A DNA stretch of 34,439 nucleotides from a bacterium (GTDB lineage: Bacteria; Cyanobacteriota; Vampirovibrionia; Gastranaerophilales; JBAXKC01): the NCBI GenBank assembly GCA_037137535.1, contig JBAXKC010000027.1, forward strand, positions 1 through 34,439, in the 5' to 3' direction. The notes beneath the pieces were generated by a model that did not search any database, was not told the origin of the DNA, and worked only from the letters and a program-made list of their open reading frames with translations. Below, piece by piece: positions 18,801 to 29,287 of this stretch. Positions within the stretch are counted from its first letter, which is position 1; every line of letters begins with the position of its first letter. Both the position numbers and the translations under genes were made by a program.

Positions 18801-21800
18801 AGATAAAACAACTTTTTCTTTTACATAATGAACAATAAAAACACCTGTTAGTTTCCCCTCGTCTAATATTGGAAAACTATAATTTGATTTTACTTGTAAG
18901 TTTTCAATCAATGTCTTTGAAACAATATGATTTTCTCCATATTGTTTTTTTAACTCTATGGTATCAGGAATAATATTACATTGATTATTTTCATAAAGTG
19001 ATATTAAACTATCATCAAAATCCTTTGAAAAATCATAGCTTATGATTTTTTGTAATGAAGGATCGGCAATATATTCTGAATACTCATCTAAAGGTAGAAA
19101 TCTCTTTAAATTATTATCAAAAATCCTAATAAAACATCTATCCGCTTTTACTATATTAGCAACTTCAGTAATAATAGTTTTTTTTGTTTCATTTATATCA
19201 AGAGAGCTTCTTATTTTTGAAAAAATATTTCTTATAAGTTTTTCTCTTTCATTAGCTTTAATTATTTTTTCTTGCCTTATAAGTAATTCGGCATCAGCTT
19301 CTTTTCTTTCAGTAATATCTCTCGCTACGCCTGTTGTTCCAACAACATTTCCGTACTTATCAAAAACAGGTCTTTTATAAGTTTCATGCCATCTTATGCC
19401 ATTAGGACCGGAAATTTGTTCTTCTAAAAACAGTTGCTGTTTTGTTTCCATAACCTTAATATCATCGTTAAGATATTTTTCAGCAAGTTCTTTAGGAAAA
19501 AAGTCTATATCCTTTTTACCTATAACCTCTTTAATAGGAGTTTTACACATTTCTGCAAAAGGTTTATTTATTGCAATTAATCTGCTTTCTTCATCTTTTA
19601 GCCATGCCATAAATGGCAAAGTATCTAAAATAGCTTTCAACTGATTACTTAAAAGTCTTTCTCTATCTGCCTGATATTTTGTTGTTTCGTAAAGCTTTGC
19701 CTGCTTAATGGCTATTGCAGCTTGAGCAACAATTATTTTCAACAACTCAATGTCTTCATCTGAAAGATAAGTTTTTTCTTTATATTGAAGAAGAAAAGTA
19801 CCTATAAATTCATTTTCACTAAAAATAGGGAAACAATAAGTCGCCTTAATGCCATAATGATTGATTAATTTATCGGCAATAATATTTAACGGAGCAGGAA
19901 GATGAAGAAGTGCTTCAATATCAGGAATGGAATGAATATTACCTTTTAAATCTTCCTCTAAAATTATTTCATCAATCTCTTCATTGAAAAAATACTCTTT
20001 ATTTAAGTCGGGCGAAGAATAATAAGCATTTTGCTCAAGAACGGAACTGAATTTATTTTTATTTTTATCATATTGTCGAATAAAGCACTTATCTGCGTTA
20101 AACGCTTGACCTATCTCTATTGATAACTGTTTACTGATTTCTTGTAAGTCAAGAGTGTTTCTTATTGTTTCAATAATTCTTCTTAGAAGCTCTTCTCTTT
20201 TAACTTGGTTTTCAGTAATAGAATATAATTTAGCTTGTTTTATAGCAATTCCAGCCTGACTAGTAATAGTTTTCAAAAGAGTGATCTCTTCTTCATCGAG
20301 ATATACATTTTCTTTAACGTAATGAACAACAAAAACACCTGTAAGAAGACCATCGTCAATAATTGGAAAGCAATAATTAGATTTAACTTTAAAAACATCC
20401 ATTAGTACTCTAGGAGCTATGTGATCTTCTCCTAATGCTTGTTCAAGCATTGTCACATCAGGAATAATAAAAGCTTCATTTTCTTTATAATAAGGAATAA
20501 TATAATCATTAAGTTCTTGGTTAAATTCAAAATCAACCAGACTCATAACATCAGAATCTGAAATATATTCTGAATACTCATCTACAGGTAAAAAATTATC
20601 CAGCTTGTTATTAAAAACTCTTATAAAACATCTATTTGCATTTACTAACTTTGCAACTTCTGTAACTATTTTCTTTTTTGTTTCATTAATATCAAGAGAG
20701 CCTCTTATAGTTTGAGTTATTTCTCTTAATAATTGTTCTCTTTCAGCCTGTTTTTTAGTTTTTGTGTATAATTCAGCCTGTTTAATTGCGATAAAAATCT
20801 GATCCGATATTGACTTTAAAAACACAATGTCATCTTCTGATAGAGTTAGCCCATCTTCATATTCTGAAAGAAAAAGACCACCCCAATATTCATTGTCTTT
20901 TTTTATAGGAATACCTAATATCGACTTCAACCCCATTTTTTTATAGGTATCTTTTAAAATCTCAGGAAGATTAGCTGTTTCAATATTTTTTATGTATAAA
21001 CTTTCATTTTTAAGCTGATTTCCCCAATATAATCCTATTTCATTATCAAATGAAATGTTTTTAATACCTATTGCAGTATTTACTGTTTTATACTCGTCCT
21101 TAAGTTGCCACTTAGCAAAATCATTTTTATCAAAAAAGTGAATTATGCTTGTTCTTCCAATACCTAGAGAAATTCCAATCTCTTTGCAAACATTCGATAA
21201 TACTTCATCAATATCAAGACTGTTTCTTATTGTTTCAACAAGTTTTCTTAATATAACTTCTCTTTCAGCCTGTTTTTTCAACTCCGAATATAATTGAGCT
21301 TGTCTGATAATACATGCCATTTGACTGGCAACACTTTCTAAAAGCTCAATATCAAGCTTAGTCCACACACAAATTTCATTTAACTGATGAATATAAAAAA
21401 CACCTAAAACTTTTTCTTTTTCCATAATTGGTAAAACTATAACCGATTTAATCTTTTGACTTTTAAAAAACTCTTTACTTTCAATACCAATAGGGTAACT
21501 ATCAGTATCTTTTATTAAAATCATTTTTCGATTTATAGAAACTTCGTTATACCATGCAGCGCATGAATTAACTGACATTTCATTTCCTGATAAAATAGGA
21601 ATATCATCATTAACCCTATATTGTTTTTTAAGCTCAAAGCAGTTTTTTTCGGGTTTATGAAGAGCGATCAAACATCTATCAGCAGCTATAAGTTTTCCGA
21701 CTAATTGAACAGCAGCAGCAAGTATATCATCTAAATCTTTAGAATTTCTAACGTTTTCATAGAAATATTTAAAATTATTTTCTTTTTCCTGAAATGATTG

Positions 21801-21920
21801 TAATTGCTTTAAGGGATTATTTAACTCTGAATACTCATAGAACAAATCGCCCCTATCAGAATGATTATTCATCAATTCTTTTTGTTCTTTTGATAATAAT
21901 TTAAAGAAATTTCTTATCAC
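15876..21920 (-). CDS. Soluble multi-sensor histidine kinase: GAFx4-PAS-GAFx5-HisKA-HATPase
   Basis: Nine repeats of ERE..L..I...IR.SLD...AI.QA.LY. PAS/PAC ending RDITERK. H-box [27 protein letters not shown] and GGTGLGL. GTG start after GAGG. Confidence 0.93.
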   Translation of the reverse strand: MIRNFFKLLSKEQKELMNNHSDRGDLFYEYSELNNPLKQLQSFQEKENNFKYFYENVRNSKDLDDILAAAVQLVGKLIAADRCLIALHKPEKNCFELKKQYRVNDDIPILSGNEMSVNSCAAWYNEVSINRKMILIKDTDSYPIGIESKEFFKSQKIKSVIVLPIMEKEKVLGVFYIHQLNEICVWTKLDIELLESVASQMACIIRQAQLYSELKKQAEREVILRKLVETIRNSLDIDEVLSNVCKEIGISLGIGRTSIIHFFDKNDFAKWQLKDEYKTVNTAIGIKNISFDNEIGLYWGNQLKNESLYIKNIETANLPEILKDTYKKMGLKSILGIPIKKDNEYWGGLFLSEYEDGLTLSEDDIVFLKSISDQIFIAIKQAELYTKTKKQAEREQLLREITQTIRGSLDINETKKKIVTEVAKLVNANRCFIRVFNNKLDNFLPVDEYSEYISDSDVMSLVDFEFNQELNDYIIPYYKENEAFIIPDVTMLEQALGEDHIAPRVLMDVFKVKSNYCFPIIDDGLLTGVFVVHYVKENVYLDEEEITLLKTITSQAGIAIKQAKLYSITENQVKREELLRRIIETIRNTLDLQEISKQLSIEIGQAFNADKCFIRQYDKNKNKFSSVLEQNAYYSSPDLNKEYFFNEEIDEIILEEDLKGNIHSIPDIEALLHLPAPLNIIADKLINHYGIKATYCFPIFSENEFIGTFLLQYKEKTYLSDEDIELLKIIVAQAAIAIKQAKLYETTKYQADRERLLSNQLKAILDTLPFMAWLKDEESRLIAINKPFAEMCKTPIKEVIGKKDIDFFPKELAEKYLNDDIKVMETKQQLFLEEQISGPNGIRWHETYKRPVFDKYGNVVGTTGVARDITERKEADAELLIRQEKIIKANEREKLIRNIFSKIRSSLDINETKKTIITEVANIVKADRCFIRIFDNNLKRFLPLDEYSEYIADPSLQKIISYDFSKDFDDSLISLYENNQCNIIPDTIELKKQYGENHIVSKTLIENLQVKSNYSFPILDEGKLTGVFIVHYVKEKVVLSSDELELLLTITNQAGIALTQAKLYSITQKQVEKNQAVKRIMDAIGTNLDLNEVFTIICKEILDLFNVDRVAVAEYELPQDYSKFSLVSEYASSDLLIKHTEIEISSEVTRYLGETILEEGKNIVVDNINDDIVPDFYRDVHQLLGTKSILNVPIKKGDDKWGIIAIYQNSYYRKWTEDDIELLLSLAKYIYLAIRQAELFTKTKKQAARERTLRKVTQVIRSSFDLYEIAETVSKELAKALNCSRVGIIKYLDFNSNNVWEHLYEYSEYKTHNLVQKTLIENIIKYWQKLLEENKETIVVNNVYEFCKEPFWQDYYSALGVKSILVVPIKFNNKIWGAIGITEFDDIKYWTDEEISLTEAVSDQFAIAIKQIELYTNIKKQAERESLLRKVAEVIRSSLDINETLSIICEEVVKLFEIDRAIIHECPDVIPINIEDTLRREYKVDSFVKGHNSIKIKPEVYNYLWDLILTEGKTIFINNILESELPDYVKEIYNKLGAKSLLATPIKQEDDTWGVIGLASNKVYKNWSDDDITLIETIAGQIYIAIKHAELYSITKKQAENERKNAEREVLSRKIVETIRSSLDINETLQIICKELAELFKIDRVVITSLSNEVPRKSIYRYEYKVDPSIKTFEDSKNFNDSYFEYWAEILLDKGNTVIIDNLYESDLPDYLIQCYESIGVKSLACLGIKNGSDKWGMIGLTSVERYRCWNRDEIAFVESIADQIYLAINQAGLYSKAQEAAKAKSEFLANMSHEIRTPMNGVIGFIQLLLGTNLDNKQERFVTNLRKASDSLLHIINDILDFSKIEAGKMSVQSIVFDLKVLIEDVVNSSIIDANQKEIGLDVTFDNDVPGKFYGDPIRIKQVLNNLVNNAVKFTHSGKVSIIVKNLNEEQDTVTFYFEIKDTGIGISEDNLQKIFESFTQADSSTSRIYGGTGLGLAISKKIIEMLGGTINVRSKINKGATFSFTLPLVKAK

Positions 21921-22172
21921 TTAATAGCCTCTTAAACAATCAATTCATTATTTACTTAAAATAAAGTATAAAACTTATAATAACTTTAAAGAAAATATTT
22001 GTAAATTATTCTTGAATTTAGATAAATAAAGAGAAAAATAGAAAACTATGGGTTTTAAAGATATAATGAATTAAATATCAGATTTATTAATAGATTTTTA
22101 CAAAGGTAGGTTAAAAAAATATTTTTCTGATATACTCATATTTACTGCGATACATAGTATAGGTATGAAAGC

Positions 22173-22733
22173 ATGATTTCTACTAACGATTTTAAAACAG
22201 GCATGACCATAGAACTAGATAACGGCAGTCTTTGGGCTGTTGTAGAGTTTCTTCACGTTAAACCGGGAAAAGGCGCTGCGTTTGTAAGAACAAAACTTAA
22301 AAACGTAGAAACAGGAAACTCAATGGAAAAAACATTCAGAGCAGGCGAAAAAGTTGCAAGAGCTATTCTTGACAGAAGAGAAATGCAATTTTTATATCGC
22401 AGTGACGCTGAATATATATTTATGGACAATGAATCCTTTGACCAAATGTCACTTTCTAAAGAACAAATTGGCGATGGTGTTAAATATTTAAAAGAAAACA
22501 TGAATATTAACATGTTAAAGCATGGCGAAAAAATTATAGGTATTGACCTTCCTAACCACGTTGAATTAGAAGTTGTCGATACACCTCCTGCTGAAAAAGG
22601 AAATACCGCAACAGGCGGAACAAAACCTGCTGTTCTTGAAACAGGCGCAACTGTAAACGTTCCTTTCTTTATTAATAATGGAGACGTTATTAGAGTTGAC
22701 ACAAGAAACAATTCCTACTTGGATAGAGCATAA
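22173..22733 (+). CDS. efp: Elongation factor P
   Basis: [29 protein letters not shown] and VPFFI. Confidence 0.98.
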   Translation: MISTNDFKTGMTIELDNGSLWAVVEFLHVKPGKGAAFVRTKLKNVETGNSMEKTFRAGEKVARAILDRREMQFLYRSDAEYIFMDNESFDQMSLSKEQIGDGVKYLKENMNINMLKHGEKIIGIDLPNHVELEVVDTPPAEKGNTATGGTKPAVLETGATVNVPFFINNGDVIRVDTRNNSYLDRA

Positions 22734-22750
22734 ATAAAGGACTTAATCCG

Positions 22751-23203
22751 ATGAAAATTGATATTGAATATATAGAACAGCTTGTAAAGCTTTTTAAAGA
22801 TAACGAACTAACTGAACTTTCTGTTGAAGAAGGTGAAAAAGCTATTGTTTTAAGAAAAGAAAAAGAAGTAGTGGCAACATCAGTTCAAGCTCCTACTGTT
22901 ACTCAAGTAAGCACTCCTGCACCTGTTGCAGCTACTCCCGCTAAAGCGGAAGCTCCTCAAGACAAAGGGATAGCAATTACTTCACCAATGGTTGGCTCTT
23001 TCTATAAAGCAGCTAATCCCGGTTCACCGGCTTTTACCGAAGTTGGTAAAACAATAAGTGCAGGTCAGGTTGTTTGTATCATTGAAGCTATGAAGCTTAT
23101 GAACGAAATTGAATCTGAAGTATCAGGAACCGTTGTTGAAATTTGTGTTCAAGATGGTCAACCTGTTGAATACGGACAAGTGTTAATGTATGTTAAACCT
23201 TAA
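22751..23203 (+). CDS. accB: Acetyl-CoA carboxylase biotin carboxyl carrier protein
   Basis: SPMVGSFY, EAMKLMNEI biotinylation site and an Ala/Pro linker. Confidence 0.97.
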   Translation: MKIDIEYIEQLVKLFKDNELTELSVEEGEKAIVLRKEKEVVATSVQAPTVTQVSTPAPVAATPAKAEAPQDKGIAITSPMVGSFYKAANPGSPAFTEVGKTISAGQVVCIIEAMKLMNEIESEVSGTVVEICVQDGQPVEYGQVLMYVKP

Positions 23204-23285
23204 TTAATAATATAAAACAACTTTAAGCGGGATAGAGTCATCATAGCTCATCCCCTTAAACAATTTAAGACTCTGGAGAGGAAGA

Positions 23286-24656
23286 ATGATAAAGAAAGTA
23301 TTAATAGCCAATCGTGGTGAAATTGCCGTTAGGATTATTAGGGCATGTAAAGAAATAGGACTTCAAACCGTTGCTATTTATTCACAGCCTGATGAGGATT
23401 CGTTACACGTTTCATTAGCAGATGAGGCTTATTGTGTCGGACCTGCTCCATCTTCAAAAAGTTATTTGAATATACCCAATATTATAAGCACTGCTTTAAT
23501 GGCAGGTGTTGACGCAATTCATCCGGGTTACGGGTTTTTAGCCGAAAACGCAGGTTTTGCTGAAATTTGTAATGACCATCAAATTAAATTCATAGGTCCA
23601 TCCCCTGATAGCATCAGATCCATGGGTGATAAGGCTTCTGCAAAGAAAACTATGATTGAAAATGAAGTCCCAACCGTACCGGGAACAGGTCTTGTTACTG
23701 ATGTATCAATTGTAAAAGAATGGGTAAGCAAAGTAGGCTATCCTATCATCGTTAAAGCTACTGCGGGCGGTGGCGGACGTGGTATGAGAATTGTAAGAGA
23801 AGCATCACAACTGGAAGAAATGATTGCTCTTGCTCAAGCTGAAGCAGGTACATGTTTTGGTAATAACGCTGTTTATATTGAAAAATATCTTGAAAACCCT
23901 AGACACATTGAAGTTCAAATTATTGCAGATCAATACGGAAATGTTGTTCACTTAGGAGAAAGAGATTGCAGTATTCAAAGAAGACACCAGAAACTTCTTG
24001 AAGAAGCCCCATCTCCTGTAATTTCAGCTGAAGTAAGAGAACAAATGGGTAAAGCGGCAGTAAATGCAGCTAAAGGTATAAACTATGAAGGTGCGGGAAC
24101 TATCGAGTTCTTATTAGACAACAAAAATAATTTCTACTTTATGGAAATGAACACAAGAATTCAGGTTGAACATCCTGTCAGTGAAATGGTAACCTCGGTT
24201 GACCTTCTTAAAGAACAAATCAGAGTAGCTATGGGTGAAAAGCTTTCATTTACTCAAAATGATATTGAAATAAGAGGACATGCCATCGAATGTCGTATTA
24301 ATGCAGAAGACCCTGACAAAGACTTTATGCCAAGCCCAGGAACTATCGAAGGATATGTCGCTCCAGGTGGATTTGGAGTAAGAGTTGATAGTCATTCTTA
24401 TGCAAATTATAAAATTCCTCCTTACTATGACTCTCTTATCGGTAAATTAATCGTATGGGGAAGAGATAGAGAAGAAGCACGTCATAGAATGTTAAGAGCA
24501 TTAGATGAATATGCTATTACAGGAGTTAAGACAACTATACCTTTCCATCAAAAAATCCTTAAAAATGAACAATTCATTAAAGGTGATGTAACGACTAACT
24601 TTATTCCTGAATTTTTAGCGTCTGAAATTGAAAAAAAAGAGCCGGTTGTAAAATAA
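23286..24656 (+). CDS. accC: Biotin carboxylase
   Basis: [36 protein letters not shown] and [10 protein letters not shown]. Confidence 0.98.
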   Translation: MIKKVLIANRGEIAVRIIRACKEIGLQTVAIYSQPDEDSLHVSLADEAYCVGPAPSSKSYLNIPNIISTALMAGVDAIHPGYGFLAENAGFAEICNDHQIKFIGPSPDSIRSMGDKASAKKTMIENEVPTVPGTGLVTDVSIVKEWVSKVGYPIIVKATAGGGGRGMRIVREASQLEEMIALAQAEAGTCFGNNAVYIEKYLENPRHIEVQIIADQYGNVVHLGERDCSIQRRHQKLLEEAPSPVISAEVREQMGKAAVNAAKGINYEGAGTIEFLLDNKNNFYFMEMNTRIQVEHPVSEMVTSVDLLKEQIRVAMGEKLSFTQNDIEIRGHAIECRINAEDPDKDFMPSPGTIEGYVAPGGFGVRVDSHSYANYKIPPYYDSLIGKLIVWGRDREEARHRMLRALDEYAITGVKTTIPFHQKILKNEQFIKGDVTTNFIPEFLASEIEKKEPVVK

Positions 24657-25232
24657 ATGAGAATTACGGCAGGTAAATTCAAATGTCAAAAAATAAACAG
24701 CATTGACAGCAACGAAGTCAGACCTACTTCTTCAAAAGTAAGGGAAAGTATCTTTAATATAATACAATCAAGCATTACGGATTCTGTAATGCTTGATTTA
24801 TTTGCAGGAAGCGGTTGCATGGGATTAGAAGCACTTAGTAGAGGTGCGAAAAAAGTCGTATTTATAGAAAAAAATCCTAAAGTTTTTAAAATTTTAAAAG
24901 AAAACCTGAACAACTTTGATTGCGAACATGAGCTTTATTTATGTGATGCTTTTGTGTCATTGGAAAGAATGAAAAATCAAAAATTCAATATAATCTTTGT
25001 AGATCCGCCTTACAGACTTGGTTATGAATTTGATGTCTGCAAAAGAGTCTGTGATTATAATCTTTTAGAAGAAGATGGATTATTAATTATTGAGCATTTA
25101 TCTAAGCTTGATATGGAAAAACTCTTACAAGATCTTCCTTTAACTCTAACAAAATATAAAAAATATGGAGATACGGCATTAAGTATTTTTGAAAAACTTA
25201 ATGCTAATTCGCCTGAAACTCCTGAAAATTAG
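24657..25232 (+). CDS. rsmD: 16S rRNA m2G966 methyltransferase
   Basis: MRITAG, RPT..KVRESIFN, LDLFAGSG and DPPY. ATG directly follows the accC TAA. Confidence 0.93.
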   Translation: MRITAGKFKCQKINSIDSNEVRPTSSKVRESIFNIIQSSITDSVMLDLFAGSGCMGLEALSRGAKKVVFIEKNPKVFKILKENLNNFDCEHELYLCDAFVSLERMKNQKFNIIFVDPPYRLGYEFDVCKRVCDYNLLEEDGLLIIEHLSKLDMEKLLQDLPLTLTKYKKYGDTALSIFEKLNANSPETPEN

Positions 25233-26991
25233 AAATATCTTTTACTGATATATAATCAGCTAATTCATCATCAGAAAGAACAACAAGAGGTAAATATTTA
25301 ACCTTTTGCTTTAACTCTCTGTAAAAATTTAATCTTATATCAGCTGAACATAAAACAACTGGATATTTTTCATTTTTTAAATATTCCGCATTCATTTGAA
25401 CCTCAATAGAGTCGGCTAATGAAGATAGCGAAGGTTTATTATAAACAAATAACTCTTCAATATATTGCGGTAATTTTATAGCATTTAGCTCATTTTGTTT
25501 ATTCATATATTTTGAAGAAATTTGTCGTGAGAATTTTTTTCTTAACTGTTCTGATAAAAAATCAGAATCTTTGTAATCCGAATTAAATTCTATTAAAGTT
25601 TGGAGAATCAAATTAATATCTTTTATTGAAACTTCTTCTCTAATTAAATTAACAAATATTTTCCTTGATGTAGCTAAAGGCAAACTAAAATCATCTAAAT
25701 AAATAGACTTACTTTGCTCTATGAGTTGCTTAGTCTTTTCAAGGGTAAACATTGTGTCTGCATTGTTTATTAAGACAGATTCTAAATGATCAATAATTAA
25801 ATTGATAGGGTCAATTAAGTTGATATTTTTAAAATTTTCTTGATCCTCGTCTTTTATCCAATAGGATTCTTCTTTAGTTATCGGATGACTTGCTTTTAGC
25901 CATTCTGATTTTATTTCAATATTGTCTGTTATTAACACTTTATTGGTAAGCATTTTACCGCCAAATATCACCTTATCCTTTGCAAAAAGCTGATCTCTAA
26001 CATAAATATTATATTCGTTTTCTGCTAAGCCGTAATTAGCTATAACTTTTATACGTGGAAGAATATAACCCAGTTCATAACTGAATTTTTGCTTTAATTC
26101 CATTATATTGACTGATAATATTTTTCGATATTGATTATTTGCTAATTCTATTCTTATTTCATCGGTTAATATTTTTTTAGAATAATTCTTTAATTTTGTC
26201 TGTTTAATTTTAGATTTATTCTTTTTCTCAGCTTTTAATTTTATAATTAATAACTTAATATTTTTATTTAATTTTATAGCAACAGCTATAATTGAGCTGA
26301 TTATCACACTAAAAATTAAAATTAATTTATTAATTATATATATATTTAAAAACATGATTAATGAAACAATACTGCCGATTAAACCAATCAAATAAAGACA
26401 CACACCTGAAGTAAACTTTATAAATTCTTTTATAAAAAGTTTTAATTTCTTTTTTTGTACAGATAAAGTCATTTTTAAATTTTTAAGATTTTCAGCTTTA
26501 AATTTCTTGATTTCTTCAAGATAAGGGTGTTTTAATATTTTATTTATTTCATCAGATTTTATTTCATGTTGAGATGCTAATTTATTGATAGTTTCTTCAT
26601 AAGTTAATTGAACTGCATTTTCCATCAACTTAACAGATTGTTCAGATGTCATAGATTTTGAATGAGCTGTTTTAGCTGTTTCAAGTGCTGAAACAACAAG
26701 GTTTTCAATAAGACTGTCCCACTCTTCTTTGGGTAAATTTGATTTTATAAGCTCTTCCTTATGATCAAAGGCCCATTCACCAATGAAGTGACTGACCATA
26801 CCGGCTTGTTCAGGATTAAAATCCAGATTAATCTCTCTTTGTAGTTTATCGCCCGAAGATGGATAAAATTGGTATACTTTGTTTCTAATATTATTCTTAT
26901 TTTCACTCCCACTAGTTGTGGGAGTATATTCAGCAATTTCTTGAGAAAGTTTTGTCGCAAATTCATAAGAGTTAAATCTCTTTGTAGACAT
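25204..26991 (-). CDS. FlhA/SctV (FHIPEP family) cytoplasmic-domain protein with an unrelated N-terminal domain and only two TM helices
   Basis: The C-terminal ~320 aa follow FlhA-C motifs in order: ELGYILPRIKV..N..L.ENEY, IDP...IIDHL, NLIREEVSIKDI..ILQTL, LSEQLR, PVVLCSADIR and VLSDDEL. RBS AAGGAG. Confidence 0.82.
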   Translation of the reverse strand: MSTKRFNSYEFATKLSQEIAEYTPTTSGSENKNNIRNKVYQFYPSSGDKLQREINLDFNPEQAGMVSHFIGEWAFDHKEELIKSNLPKEEWDSLIENLVVSALETAKTAHSKSMTSEQSVKLMENAVQLTYEETINKLASQHEIKSDEINKILKHPYLEEIKKFKAENLKNLKMTLSVQKKKLKLFIKEFIKFTSGVCLYLIGLIGSIVSLIMFLNIYIINKLILIFSVIISSIIAVAIKLNKNIKLLIIKLKAEKKNKSKIKQTKLKNYSKKILTDEIRIELANNQYRKILSVNIMELKQKFSYELGYILPRIKVIANYGLAENEYNIYVRDQLFAKDKVIFGGKMLTNKVLITDNIEIKSEWLKASHPITKEESYWIKDEDQENFKNINLIDPINLIIDHLESVLINNADTMFTLEKTKQLIEQSKSIYLDDFSLPLATSRKIFVNLIREEVSIKDINLILQTLIEFNSDYKDSDFLSEQLRKKFSRQISSKYMNKQNELNAIKLPQYIEELFVYNKPSLSSLADSIEVQMNAEYLKNEKYPVVLCSADIRLNFYRELKQKVKYLPLVVLSDDELADYISVKDISNFQEFQAN

Positions 26992-27031
26992 ATTGCTCCT
27001 TATTTAACGGTAATATTTTCTCATTAAATAT

Positions 27032-27058
27032 TAATCGGCTTATTTTTAAATAACTTCA
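27032..27058 (-). promoter_or_regulatory. Putative sigma-28 promoter of the FlhA-like gene
   Basis: Minus strand reads TGAAGTTA-N11-GCCGATTA, 40 nt upstream of the ATG. Confidence 0.65.
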
Positions 27059-27160
27059 ATAAACATTTGTAAATAAAAAGGGTATTAAAGATTATGATGA
27101 TGAAATAATTATGAAAACTATCTATATTAATTATAAATAATAAAAAATGAGGTCATAACC

Positions 27161-27280
27161 ATGTATGAACAACTTTTCGATTCTACAGCATTATATTCTG
27201 TTTTATCTTTTATGGTAATAACAATATTTCTAATGATATATAAAATGATCCCGACAAAAATAAATCAACCGATAAAATAA
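27161..27280 (+). CDS. Small single-TM protein (39 aa), not in ORF track
   Basis: GAGGT-N7-ATG. MYEQLFDSTALYSVLSFMVITIFLMIYKMIPTKINQPIK*. A hairpin begins at the stop codon. Confidence 0.55.
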   Translation: MYEQLFDSTALYSVLSFMVITIFLMIYKMIPTKINQPIK

Positions 27281-27306
27281 AACTGCCTCAATTAATGAAG
27301 CAGTTT
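27274..27306. terminator. Terminator between the two convergent small ORFs
   Basis: AAACTGCcTCA-ATTAA-TGAaGCAGTTT. On the minus-strand RNA this forms an 11-bp stem with one G-U pair and a U-rich tail. Confidence 0.65.
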
Positions 27307-27340
27307 AATAGTCTTTTCTCTCTGATGCGTGGTATAACTT

Positions 27341-27499
27341 CTATTTTTCTGCTTTTTCAGCGATACGGTCATATATTGTCTCTAAAGAGTAACACAGATC
27401 AGGTTTTCTTTTCATTTGTGAAGTAGGCTGTGTCTTAGATTGCTTTGTGATGCTCATTAAATGTGATACATTAACCAATTCCATAGAAATTACTGACAT
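27341..27499 (-). CDS. Small hypothetical protein (52 aa), not in ORF track
   Basis: AGGGAG RBS. MSVISMELVNVSHLMSITKQSKTQPTSQMKRKPDLCYSLETIYDRIAEKAEK*. Followed by a terminator. Confidence 0.55.
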   Translation of the reverse strand: MSVISMELVNVSHLMSITKQSKTQPTSQMKRKPDLCYSLETIYDRIAEKAEK

Positions 27500-27612
27500 A
27501 TTCTTCTCCCTAACTATCTATTGTCTATCCCCTATGTATATATAAAGGATAGACGAGCAGAATAATTGCTTTTTTAAGGTAAGATTTTTTATAAAAGTTG
27601 ATTTTTGATTTT

Positions 27613-27647
27613 AAAAATCCCTGTTTAAATTAATAAACAAGGGATTT
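27613..27647 (-). terminator. Terminator after mntP
   Basis: AAATCCCTGTTTA-AATTAA-TAAACaAGGGATTT with an A-run on the left. Confidence 0.7.
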
Positions 27648-27683
27648 ATGTCTTTATTAAAGATATTACAAATTGTTAACATT

Positions 27684-28247
27684 CTAAAAGTGAATACATC
27701 CTGAAATAGATTTAAAGCCTAATATAATTAGTATTATACCTGCTGAAACTTCTAACCACTTTGAAGGAAACTGTTTAAGTATATATCCCGACCAAAAACC
27801 GATTAAAGAATTAAAGAAAGTAATTACACCGATAATCAATGAAGGAAGCCATATATTTACTTTCAGAAAAAACAATGTAGAACCCGAAGCCAATGCATCA
27901 ATACTTGTTGCAAATGCAAGCATTAATAGACATTGTAACGACAAACAGGAAATTGTATTTTTTTCTTTTTCTTCGACTTCAAAAGCGTCTTTTATAAATT
28001 TAATACCTAAAATTACAAAAATAGCAAAAGCAATCCATAATGAAACAGCTTCAATATATTTATAAACACTCTTTGCTAATAGCCAACCTATAATTGGCAT
28101 TAAAAACTGAAAAAAACCGACAAAAAATGCTAAAAATAATGAATTCTTTCTTTTATTATCACAAAACACAAGTCCTTGCGAAAATGAAACAACTGCAGCA
28201 TCAATAGACAATGCTATCGCAAGAAATATAATCTCAACCATTGACAT
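27684..28247 (-). CDS. mntP: Manganese efflux pump MntP family
   Basis: AIALSIDAAVVS, FQFLMPIIG and ATSIDALA duplicated DUF204 motifs; six hydrophobic segments. Confidence 0.9.
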   Translation of the reverse strand: MSMVEIIFLAIALSIDAAVVSFSQGLVFCDNKRKNSLFLAFFVGFFQFLMPIIGWLLAKSVYKYIEAVSLWIAFAIFVILGIKFIKDAFEVEEKEKNTISCLSLQCLLMLAFATSIDALASGSTLFFLKVNIWLPSLIIGVITFFNSLIGFWSGYILKQFPSKWLEVSAGIILIILGFKSISGCIHF

Positions 28248-28267
28248 GAAAATAAATCCTTAAACAA

Positions 28268-29287
28268 CTAATTACCTGATAATTGACCACAAGCAGCTTT
28301 TATATCATCGCCTCTTTTTAATCTTACTGTAACTTTTCTGCCTGATTGTTCAAGAATAAATTTAAATTTATTTATAGTATGCATGGATGGAGGCTGAAGA
28401 TCATGCTCACTTGCTGAGTTATAAGGAATTAAATTAATATTGCAATTTAATCCTTTAAGAACATTGTTCATTTCTTTTGCAAGCTCAATAGTGTCGTTCA
28501 TTCCATCTATCATTACATATTCAATAGTTACCCTACGTCCTGTTTTCTCAGTCAGATTTCTTAACGCCTTTATAATATCAGGAAGCGGATATTTCTTTTC
28601 AGTAGGAACAAGTTTTTGTCTTAGTTCAATATTCGGTGCATGCATTGAAAAAGCAAGTGTAAGTTGCCTGTTTTCTTTTGCCAATTTATTTATTGCAGGA
28701 ATAACTCCACTTGTTGAAAGAGTAATACGCCTATTGCCTATTTCAAGCTCTGTATTTATAATATTTACAGACTTCATGACTTCATCAAAGTTATAAAGCG
28801 GTTCGCCTTGTCCCATGTAAACAACATTTGTCACTTCAAGTTTTGTATCTCTTTGAATTGTTAAAATTTGCTCAACAATTTCATAAGCTTTAAGATTTCT
28901 GATAAATCCTCTTTGTCCTGTAGCACAAAATAAGCATTTTACAGCACATCCCACCTGTGTACTTACACAAGCACTTAGATTAGGCCTATTATCAAAGCGC
29001 ATAAGAACAGTTTCAACTGTATGTCCATCTTCAAGCTCTAACAAATATTTGATTGTACCGTCTTTGCTTACCTGTTTCTTTTTAATAGTTATAGGTGAAA
29101 TTATTGTATTTTGTTTTAAAGTTTCTCTAAAATCTTTTGAAAGATTTGTCATTTCATCAAATGAAGCTGCTGATTTTTTATAAAGCCAAGCGTAAAGCTG
29201 TTTTGCTCTAAACTTTTGTTCTCCTAAATCAACTATAATTTTTTCTAATTCTTCTAAATTTTTTCCAGCCAGACTTATCACAAGCAT
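28268..29287 (-). CDS. rlmN: 23S rRNA m2A2503 / tRNA radical SAM methyltransferase
   Basis: FRAKQL, SKDGTIKYL, CVSTQVGCAVKCLFCATG, MGQGEP and AACGQL. Confidence 0.95.
   Translation of the reverse strand: MLVISLAGKNLEELEKIIVDLGEQKFRAKQLYAWLYKKSAASFDEMTNLSKDFRETLKQNTIISPITIKKKQVSKDGTIKYLLELEDGHTVETVLMRFDNRPNLSACVSTQVGCAVKCLFCATGQRGFIRNLKAYEIVEQILTIQRDTKLEVTNVVYMGQGEPLYNFDEVMKSVNIINTELEIGNRRITLSTSGVIPAINKLAKENRQLTLAFSMHAPNIELRQKLVPTEKKYPLPDIIKALRNLTEKTGRRVTIEYVMIDGMNDTIELAKEMNNVLKGLNCNINLIPYNSASEHDLQPPSMHTINKFKFILEQSGRKVTVRLKRGDDIKAACGQLSGN

Noticed and set aside
22728-22754. TCCGATG before accB as a sigma-28 -10 box
   Set aside because: It overlaps the start codon and has no TAAA at the correct spacing.
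25204-25232. 3' overlaps of convergent genes (rsmD/FlhA-like, 29 bp; also 31719-31729)
   Set aside because: Common in compact genomes, with no evidence of function.
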